Of a DNA stretch of 64,000 bases, positions 1-7,183 are shown in pieces; positions within the stretch are counted from its first letter, which is position 1, and each line of letters opens with the position of its first letter. Position numbers and translations under genes: made by a program. The stretch is from an uncultured Gemmatimonadota bacterium (GTDB lineage: Bacteria > SM23-81 > DAOVCL01): assembly GCA_964626665.1 (NCBI GenBank), contig CAZVGK010000007.1, forward strand, positions 24,505 to 88,504, in the 5' to 3' direction. The notes under the pieces are model-generated. The model saw only the letters and a program-made list of their open reading frames with translations, searched no databases and had not been told where the DNA came from.

Positions 1-47
1 GGATTTCCGTGCTCATCGATAAATCCCTTGACCATTCGTCTCGTCAT
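1..47 (-). CDS. 5' end of a gene running off the window (M T R R M V K G F I D E H G N...). By position it partners the upstream small ORF; by analogy with the 57711-58420 pair it may be an aspartic-protease-like gene.
   Basis: ATG at 47 lies 2 nt after the stop of ORF 50-292 on the same strand. Only 15 codons are visible. The function is assigned by analogy only. Confidence 0.2.
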   Translation of the reverse strand, partial: MTRRMVKGFIDEHGN

Positions 48-49
48 TA

Positions 50-292
50 TTATCGAAAGGAAACACCCGCCTTAGCGCCAATTCTTGCAAAGTAAAAAAT
101 CTTATCCGGATATCTACGCTTAGCTTTGTCTCCTGCCTCCGAATGAGTTCTACCGAGAAAATAATCACCACTTTCTATCTCTATGGCTACTATTTCCCCT
201 ATGTGTTCTGGCTTTAGCTTTTCCTCGATACTTTTGAATATGGCCTCCCCCTTCTGAGCAAATAGCTCTTTATCAACTGGCTGTATTTTCAT
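50..292 (-). CDS. small hypothetical protein, DUF5678-like (resembles the 84-aa protein at 57711-57965)
   Basis: 80-aa ORF with visibly lower G+C than its surroundings. Shares a motif pattern (KYPD/KPEH..IVAI/FVAV..D) with the ORF at 57711. It is immediately followed by another gene start. Confidence 0.45.
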   Translation of the reverse strand: MKIQPVDKELFAQKGEAIFKSIEEKLKPEHIGEIVAIEIESGDYFLGRTHSEAGDKAKRRYPDKIFYFARIGAKAGVSFR

Positions 293-336
293 AACTGGGC
301 ACCTCCACTATTTAGAATTACTAACCTAAATTATTT

Positions 337-380
337 ATGCCACAAAGACACCAAGCCTCAAAGTGTTGATAGAATGAGGA
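337..380 (+). repeat. solo terminal copy of the MITE-like element found complete at 28865-29025
   Basis: ttatgccacaaagacaccaagcctcaaagtgttgatag matches the reverse complement of 28980-29022. Confidence 0.5.
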
Positions 381-419
381 TTAAAAAATAATAATGGGGT
401 CACATCTTTATTCTTGATT

Positions 420-870
420 TTCCAATCCTCGGTCTCCTGACCTCAACATCCATCGGCATCAGGAGATGCCTCCCACAATACGCTCTTCTACCCAGCTTTA
501 GCTGGGGTAACCGCTTTAGGGCTTTAGCCCCTTTTGGAGTGCTATGACAGGGTCACAGCCTACGTCAACAGGAGTTACCACACTTCATAGTAACTCGCAC
601 TAAAGTGCGGTAGAAATTAAAATTCGCCCCCGAGATGGCGGAAGCCCTCTTCTGTCACCCTTCCCTTTTTGCCGTCAGAATCGGGGTTCTGACGGCTCGG
701 GCAGGGGATCTGACCGCTCAGCAGCTTAGATGTAGGGACAGACATTTATGTCTGTCCGCTTCCTTCGGACAGGTCTAAAGACCTGTCCCTACAGTTCATT
801 ATCTATGTAGGAGAGGTCTCCAGACCTTTCAAGAGCTGTCAGGAGGTAACTCCTGACAGCACATTTTTGC
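420..870. repeat. dense array of at least nine distinct short hairpin/palindrome modules (REP/BIME-like mosaic)
   Basis: Hairpins read directly: ggcatcaggagatgcc (455-476); cccagctttagctggg (488-507); gggctttagccc; gtcacagcc...gtcaacagg; cgcactaaagtgcggtagaa (594-615); gccgtcagaatcggggttctgacggc (671-697); nested gtagggacag..ctgtccctac (731-800); aggtctccagacct; gctgtcaggaggtaactcctgacagc (836-866). Each family recurs in other intergenic regions of the window. Confidence 0.85.
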
Positions 871-943
871 AAATCATTAAACTGACCGCTGCCCGCTTCA
901 GTGTAGCGACCACCTCTATTATAATGAAATTTTTCCCTCCCTG

Positions 944-2932
944 TCAAGGGCATTCTTCCACCCTAAGGGGATTGAACTCCCCTATGTAATCGGCCATCTG
1001 CTCGGTCCCCAGGACCTCCCTCAGGGCATCATCCTGGAAATTGGAGGGGAGATAACGGAAGAAGGAACCAAGGTTAAGCTGCTCCAGCAATGGGCCCCTA
1101 AACCTTTCTAAAACCCTGTCCATCTCCTCGCCCGGAAGCCAAAGGAGCTCCTCCAGGTTAGGGTTCCCCTCTAAGGTGATGAGTATGCCCCCAGAATCCT
1201 CTGCTTTTATCCCCTTAACCAGGCTGATATACTTGGCCCAAATCCCTCCCCACATAGGCCCTAAGAAATGATAGACCTTGGTAATCCCCCCCGCATAACA
1301 GAAGGGAAGGTCATCCTCCTTGGCCCCCACAAAAAACTTCCTCTTCAGTTTTGCCCCCAAGGAGTGGCCCCAAATCCGGCCTCCCCCCCCACAGAACACC
1401 CCCTTTGCCCCCACCCCTTGGTAATCCAAGGGGCGGACATAAACCTTGGAGCCATCCTTTCTCTCCACCTCCCAACTCCTTCCCTTGAGGACGAACTGGG
1501 GGCTTAAAGTCTCTATCGAGCCAATCTCCCTCCCGGACTTCAGGTCAAAGACCTGATAGCTCCCCTGGCTGCGGTCTATATTGGAATGGATAAACCCCCT
1601 CTCCGCTATAGCCTCGGCTCTGGGACCCAGCCAGTACACCCCCCCACCTGGCGACTGCACGAATTCGACCTTCTCCAAATGAATGAGAAGTTCCATAACA
1701 TCGGTAAGCTCTAAACCCAAGGGGGAGAGAGCCCTTTGGATGGCTTCTGGGGTGGCCCCTATCCTTCTCTTCTGATAAAGATAAGAGAGTATCTGCTGCA
1801 CCGCCACCGAGAGATAGAGGGGAGGATCCTCCTCCTCCAGCCACCCTAATTGGGCAAGTTCAAAGAGAAGCTTAAAGAAGGTTAACTCCCAATTATCCTT
1901 ATAGAGACCGTAAGCTACCAATTCTCCCCTTCTCCTGTTGCCTCGTCCCAACCTCTGTAGCAAAGCACTCAGCGAAGGGGGCGGGGAGATGAGAACCACC
2001 GCCTCAATGTCACCTATGTCCACCCCCAACTCCAGGGTCATCGTGGCCACACAGATCCCCACCCTCTCCCGATTCATCCCCCTCTCCACCCTTTCCCTCT
2101 CCACCCTGCTCAGGCTGGCATGATGCACCCATATCCTCTCCGGGTATTTCCAGAGCCTCTTTAGGAGCAAGGCTACCTCCTCCACCTTCTTCCTGGTGTT
2201 GCAGAAGACCAGGGCCTTCTTGATCCCCTTCCCCTCAAGCTCCCTGATCAACCCCTGCAGGTTATCGTCAAAGGGAAGCAGGGTATGTTTAATCACCCTC
2301 TTCCCCTTGGCCTGAACCACCTCAAAGGGGAAGAAATACCTCTCCCCTAAGGATATGGGATCAGCTATCGTTGCCGAAATAGCATAAAAGCGGAGGGGTT
2401 CCCCCCGCAGAAGCCGCAGCCTCTGCAGGAGCACCCGCAACTGATCGCCCCGATAGGTTCCATCTAAGAGGTGGATCTCATCCAGGCAGACGGCCTGCAG
2501 AGACTCCAATGCCTGGGGCGCCCGACAGAGGAGGGAGTCGAAGGACTCCGGGGTGGTAACGAGAGCAGGGGTGGGTTTCTGGGGGCGAAAATCTGGGTGA
2601 TCCATCGTCTTCCTAGACAGGCCAATCCTCAACCGCTCCAAAGGGCCTTTTAACCTCTTGTAGAGGTCGTTAACCAAAGCCCTGGTGGGGGAGACATAGA
2701 GGATGCTCAGCCCCCCCCAATCCTCCTTGAGGAGAAGCTCGGCCAAGGGGGCCATCACGGCCTCCGTCTTCCCGGTGGCCGCAGGCGAGGAGACGACCAG
2801 GTTTCTCCCTTGTAACACCCGGGGTATGGTCAGCCTCTGAATGGGGAGAAGATGGGGGAATGGGGAGAAGAAAGCCCCCCAAGAATGGCTCAGAAGCTCC
2901 CTGACCTCCCGCTCAGACCCCTTGAGGTTCAT
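944..2932 (-). CDS. superfamily-2 DEAD/DEAH-box helicase, Lhr-core-like (BrxHI-like?), last gene of the four-gene operon
   Basis: Walker A AATGKTEA, DEAH-type box CLDEIH, helicase C domain (VFCNTRKKVEE..), followed by a winged-helix-like and ~250-aa C-terminal region. It overlaps the upstream gene by 20 nt. Confidence 0.8.
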   Translation of the reverse strand: MNLKGSEREVRELLSHSWGAFFSPFPHLLPIQRLTIPRVLQGRNLVVSSPAATGKTEAVMAPLAELLLKEDWGGLSILYVSPTRALVNDLYKRLKGPLERLRIGLSRKTMDHPDFRPQKPTPALVTTPESFDSLLCRAPQALESLQAVCLDEIHLLDGTYRGDQLRVLLQRLRLLRGEPLRFYAISATIADPISLGERYFFPFEVVQAKGKRVIKHTLLPFDDNLQGLIRELEGKGIKKALVFCNTRKKVEEVALLLKRLWKYPERIWVHHASLSRVERERVERGMNRERVGICVATMTLELGVDIGDIEAVVLISPPPSLSALLQRLGRGNRRRGELVAYGLYKDNWELTFFKLLFELAQLGWLEEEDPPLYLSVAVQQILSYLYQKRRIGATPEAIQRALSPLGLELTDVMELLIHLEKVEFVQSPGGGVYWLGPRAEAIAERGFIHSNIDRSQGSYQVFDLKSGREIGSIETLSPQFVLKGRSWEVERKDGSKVYVRPLDYQGVGAKGVFCGGGGRIWGHSLGAKLKRKFFVGAKEDDLPFCYAGGITKVYHFLGPMWGGIWAKYISLVKGIKAEDSGGILITLEGNPNLEELLWLPGEEMDRVLERFRGPLLEQLNLGSFFRYLPSNFQDDALREVLGTEQMADYIGEFNPLRVEECP

Positions 2933-4262
2933 AGCGGTAATGGCGGTAATGATCCAGCAATTCCACCGCCTCCCTGAGGAACATCCTCACCCCCCTCTCC
3001 TTCAAATCCTTGGTCAACAGGGCTCTCACCCCTTGGTCCGCCCGAAATGAGGGGAAGGCCTGGCCGTAAAGTTCAATGACCTTCTCTAACATCAGGGAGT
3101 ACTCGGAGGTGGAGAGGGGGGAAAGGGTAATGGTTTTCCCCTGAGGGACAAGCTCCTCTATCCCCTGGTAGTAAGGGGAAGAGGAGGGGGTATAGCCGAG
3201 GACCAAAAATATATGGGAGGGACGCTGATAAAGGTAGGGGAAGGGACGCATACCGGAGTGAATGTACCCCTCCTCATCAACCCAACCTACATTTAGGCCT
3301 GGGTCCCTCTCCCCATCCCCCTTCTTTATCGCGGTCAACCGAGGAAGGTTGAGGGCGGTGCCCACCAGGCCCTTAAAGAGATAAAGGCCAATCCTCTGAT
3401 AGGGGGTCCACCAGAGGTGAAAGAGGGTCTCAGCCTCATCGATGACCAGCACCAACCCCTTTCCTCCTAATCCCTTAATCAGGTATCCTAAGCCGCTAAG
3501 CAGGTAACAGTAGATGTCCACTGCCGGGGTGTGATCTAAGAGGACCGGCAATTTCCAATATCTAAGGTAGTTTAAGTAATCCCTCCCCATCTCTTCCCCC
3601 CCGATCCAATTCCAGAGGGCAGGAAGGTCCTCATCCTGGGAGAGGAGCCAGAGGGCCTTGGAGAGGAAGAAATGGGGGGAGGGAAGGTCCATCCCCTTGG
3701 CTCTCCTCAATATTTCCGGGAAGCCTATCTCCTCATTCCCCTGGATAAACCTCAGGGTCCTGGTCAATTCCCGGTAGATGTGCTTGGGGCGATATGGGGT
3801 GACATCAAACCTATCGAGTTGCGCCCGGCCCACAGCGTATCCCTGCCGCAGGGCCCAGCCAAGGATATAGTCCAAGAGGTGGGTCTTCCCTGACCCATAC
3901 TCTCCCTCTATGGCCAGAACCTCACCGCCCTTGTGGGAGAAACCCTCAAAGGCCTGCTCCACCTCCCGCAGCTCCTTATCTCGGCCAAAGGTGAAGTCAC
4001 TGATGGCCAAGGAGGGAACCACTCCTAATCTGAAGGCCTCGATCATCCTTCGTGATCGGAAATCCCCCCCCTTGGTGGGGATATGCCGGGGCTGAGCAGG
4101 TGGTTTCTTCCTCTCGACCGGGGTAAGCAGCTTTAAGGTCTCCCGGTTCATCCAAAGGGTGAGGCCATTGGCAAACTCCACCAAGAGATGCATCCCTCGC
4201 CATCTGGTATCCACAACCTTCCCCTCACCTAAGCCTTGATGATAGACCTTACTCCCAATCAT
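2913..4262 (-). CDS. P-loop NTPase paralog 2 (GEYGSGKTHLLD Walker A; VLVIDEAE Walker B), BrxD/DUF2791-like
   Basis: 449-aa ORF with Walker A/B motifs and an N-terminal KOW-like region. It is a paralog of the preceding gene. Its start abuts the stop of the upstream gene (4262/4263). Confidence 0.75.
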   Translation of the reverse strand: MIGSKVYHQGLGEGKVVDTRWRGMHLLVEFANGLTLWMNRETLKLLTPVERKKPPAQPRHIPTKGGDFRSRRMIEAFRLGVVPSLAISDFTFGRDKELREVEQAFEGFSHKGGEVLAIEGEYGSGKTHLLDYILGWALRQGYAVGRAQLDRFDVTPYRPKHIYRELTRTLRFIQGNEEIGFPEILRRAKGMDLPSPHFFLSKALWLLSQDEDLPALWNWIGGEEMGRDYLNYLRYWKLPVLLDHTPAVDIYCYLLSGLGYLIKGLGGKGLVLVIDEAETLFHLWWTPYQRIGLYLFKGLVGTALNLPRLTAIKKGDGERDPGLNVGWVDEEGYIHSGMRPFPYLYQRPSHIFLVLGYTPSSSPYYQGIEELVPQGKTITLSPLSTSEYSLMLEKVIELYGQAFPSFRADQGVRALLTKDLKERGVRMFLREAVELLDHYRHYRYEPQGV

Positions 4263-5540
4263 TTAATACTCCTTATGATTCGCCTCTTCCTGAAGCTCCA
4301 TCTCCAAGGTCATCAATTGATCCCGAATAATCCTTCTGGCCATCTCCCTTCCTATGGGCTCAGCGGGATTGTTTCTCAGGAGGTGAAAGGCCTGAATTAT
4401 CCCCTTCACAAAGACCCGCCTATGGCCCACATCAGCATACCTCTCCTCATAGGCCACCTGGGCCAGGTGGGAGATGGTCTCCCTAAGGTTATCCCGGTGG
4501 AAGCTAAAGGGGGGATAGGCAGCCTGGTAGATAGCGGAGAGCTTCTCCCCCACTTCCCTGAGGAACTCCACCGGCTCCATCCCCAACTCCTCCAGGTTTA
4601 TCCTCACCCCACTGGGATTAAGCCCAGTGAGAACCCCGGAAAGCCTCTGACGCAGGGCTTCATAGACCTCCAATCTCTCCTCCAAGAGCTGCCTTTCATC
4701 GGGAATGGCATAGAAGATCATCACCCCGGGGAGCCTGCTGTTTCCACATTCATCTATCAGTTGCCTGAGGTTATCCATAGCTGCCCTCCTCTCCCGGGAG
4801 GAGGCAATGCTTAAACCTCTCTCCGCCTCATCAAAGAGGAGGACCAGGCCTGCATAGCCAATGGCCTTGATCCACTGGGCCAAGGATCTGAGCTGGCGGA
4901 AGGCGGTGGGCTTGTCCACCCTTTCGGTGATCCCATACTCATTGCGGATGGGGCGATCGATCTCTTCCCCCTTCAACCACTGGAGTATCCGTTCATAGTC
5001 CTGACCTCCCCTCTGCAGGGAGAGAAAGGCCTCCTTGACCGCATTGGCAAAGCTGGAGGACTCTATCCCTGCCAGGGAGCGGACATAGGAGGTGAGGTAC
5101 TCCTCCCCTTTCTCCCCAAACTCCTCCACCTTCTCCATATACCAGTTGCGGAGGAAACCATCGATCCCCCTCTCCCAGGGCTTTATCTCTCCCTCCCCCC
5201 TCATCGGATACATCAGGTTGGCCATCGTAGCCTTATAGACAAGCTCCAGCTTGTTGAAGGGGCATTCCACCGGGGAGAGGGCCACATAACTTACCGCATA
5301 ACCTCGCGACCAGCCTATATCCCTCATCCGGTAGAGGAAGTGGGTCTTCCCCCCTCCGTAATTGCCAACTACTAACTTGAAGGCCGAACCTCCTAACTTG
5401 ATAAAACTCTCTAAATACTCCTCATCTATTATCCCCAACCAGGGGTCCAACCCCACGGTAAAGGACTCTACCCCAAACTCTGGGGGGGTCCCGGTCCCCC
5501 CCAACCTGTTTATTATAGCCTTGGCCAACCCTGGTTTCAT
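4263..5540 (-). CDS. P-loop NTPase paralog 1 (GNYGGGKTHFLY Walker A; VLLFDEAE Walker B), BrxD/DUF2791-like
   Basis: 425-aa ORF with the same motif architecture as 2913-4262. It lies 4 nt downstream of the first gene. Confidence 0.75.
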   Translation of the reverse strand: MKPGLAKAIINRLGGTGTPPEFGVESFTVGLDPWLGIIDEEYLESFIKLGGSAFKLVVGNYGGGKTHFLYRMRDIGWSRGYAVSYVALSPVECPFNKLELVYKATMANLMYPMRGEGEIKPWERGIDGFLRNWYMEKVEEFGEKGEEYLTSYVRSLAGIESSSFANAVKEAFLSLQRGGQDYERILQWLKGEEIDRPIRNEYGITERVDKPTAFRQLRSLAQWIKAIGYAGLVLLFDEAERGLSIASSRERRAAMDNLRQLIDECGNSRLPGVMIFYAIPDERQLLEERLEVYEALRQRLSGVLTGLNPSGVRINLEELGMEPVEFLREVGEKLSAIYQAAYPPFSFHRDNLRETISHLAQVAYEERYADVGHRRVFVKGIIQAFHLLRNNPAEPIGREMARRIIRDQLMTLEMELQEEANHKEY

Positions 5541-5544
5541 TGGC

Positions 5545-6378
5545 TTACCCCCTTATGGAGAGATAGGCATATCTCGTCCCCTTCTCCTCATCATCAGGGA
5601 CAAAGATTACTTTGTCTCTCCTCTTTGTTGCCTCGAAAGTAGCCACCCAGAGGGATAACTCCTCCCCCCTTATCCTCCTTAAGCGGTAGAGATCGTAGCC
5701 AAATTGTGCCCTTCCGTAACCAATATAATTCGACTTGATGGGATTTGCCTTAAACCTATCCCCTTGCCTGAGAAAGGCAAGCTCTCCCAAAACCCCAACA
5801 ATCAGTGCCCTCTCCCCTTCCCCTCCCCTTAAGGCCCGGTGGTAGGCCTCCTTGAGCAGGGAGAGATAAGAATCGGGCTCAAATGGGCTTCCCTTAAGCT
5901 CCTCCTCAAACCTGAGGATGGAATCTACCACCTCCTGGGGGTTAAGCCTTATCTTCTTCACCGGTTCCGGCCCCCAGGAGATGGCCACCTCCCCCTGCAG
6001 GAAGTTGGGCTTCAGGGAGTAGAGGCCAGCATAGAGGTTAGGATACTGCCCACGCAGCTTAAACCCCTTAGCCTGCAACTCCCCCTCTAACTTCCGGCCA
6101 AAGTCGGATTTAAACTCCTCCTTCCACCGCTTTAACCTCAGCCTCTGATCATCCAGCCAGCGGCTCAAATTGGGGATAAGCTGGCCAGGTTCCAACCCAG
6201 CCTTGAGCTTCTCCATCTTCAAAAGGAGGGCCTCCATAACAAAGGGATTGGAAGAGGGCTCCCCCTCCATTCTCCCATATCCAGCCAGAAGATTGGCCAA
6301 CTCCTTGGCCCTCCTCTGAAACCTCAAAAGCCTATCCCTTAACTCCTTCATATTCCCCCTTCTATGGCCTTCAGTCAA
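5545..6378 (-). CDS. hypothetical 277-aa protein, first gene of the four-gene operon (unrecognised family)
   Basis: Long ORF co-directional and nearly contiguous with the two ATPases and the helicase. I recognise no motif in it. Confidence 0.6.
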   Translation of the reverse strand: MTEGHRRGNMKELRDRLLRFQRRAKELANLLAGYGRMEGEPSSNPFVMEALLLKMEKLKAGLEPGQLIPNLSRWLDDQRLRLKRWKEEFKSDFGRKLEGELQAKGFKLRGQYPNLYAGLYSLKPNFLQGEVAISWGPEPVKKIRLNPQEVVDSILRFEEELKGSPFEPDSYLSLLKEAYHRALRGGEGERALIVGVLGELAFLRQGDRFKANPIKSNYIGYGRAQFGYDLYRLRRIRGEELSLWVATFEATKRRDKVIFVPDDEEKGTRYAYLSIRG

Positions 6379-7125
6379 CCTTTACTTGCTGTTGGGGTTG
6401 AAGCCAGAATCATCGAAGTGGGTTGGCAACTCCCCTCGCTATAATTATAACCTTTACCTTCCCGAAATCAAGCAAATTATTTTCTCGAAAATAGCTCCCT
6501 GGCTAAATCACTGCTTCCCTAACTGAACAACCATCTCCGTAGTTGCCGATTATATCAGGTAACTAACTCTTCAGAGCCGAGGGATTACAATTTGCCTCTG
6601 TTACTTGAATGGGGAACTGGCGTGGGGAGTAAAGAAAACAGCTAAAGAATTTCTAAAAATAGCCGATAATAGGATCAAACTGTAGTAGCCCACAACAAAA
6701 ATCAAACATAATCGTTGCTTCTGTCGTTATGGATGATGAAATCCATAAGGAGACAAGATGTGGAGGACATCTCCCCTGGGCGGAGCCTCGGGCAAGCCTG
6801 ATGTCGACTTTACCTCTCCCTTGCAGGGAAAGGTTGGAGCCTACCCTGAGTCTTCGGCCCGAACTCAAGCCGAGAACTTGCCGAAGGATGAGGGTGAAAT
6901 TCCCCTCTAAGAAACCCCCTCCTTCTAACTCCCTCCCACCAGTGGAGGGAGAATTATAATCGAGGTCTGGAGACCTCTCCCACAACTGTGGTCAGAGAAC
7001 AGGGATCAGGGGAATCCATGGCAACCGACACCTGCCTGCCGTGCTCCCTGACCTCCGTAAGCTGTCAACAATTGGATAAAATTTTTTGTGAGCCACTATA
7101 GTTGCTCAAATTATCAATTTTCCCC

Positions 7126-7154
7126 TTGACAGACCTTTTGTAATCTGATAATCT
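7126..7154 (+). promoter_or_regulatory. sigma70-like promoter (TTGACA - 17 nt - TAATCT) upstream of the lipoprotein gene
   Basis: TTGACA at 7126-7131, 17-nt spacer, TAATCT at 7149-7154. An AGGAGGA ribosome-binding site (RBS) precedes the ATG at 7184. Confidence 0.4.
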
Positions 7155-7183
7155 TGAGAACAAAATCTAAACCAGGAGGAAAA

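Noticed and set aside
1268-4814. Numerous 60-190-aa ORFs antisense to, or off-frame within, the helicase and ATPase genes (e.g. 1268-1507, 1545-1844, 3672-3893, 4236-4814)
   Set aside because: Embedded in long, motif-supported genes. Typical high-G+C spurious ORFs.
6760-7060. Possible cobalamin riboswitch (AGGGAA... GGTGAAATTCC ... ACTGT ... CAGGGGAATCC-like strings) in the long intergenic region 6380-7150
   Set aside because: The elements are out of order and out of register relative to the B12-riboswitch consensus. Neither flanking gene is cobalamin-related (a Big-domain lipoprotein downstream, the candidate defence operon upstream). The region also contains the generic hairpin modules (ctccctcc..ggagggag; gaggtctggagacctc).
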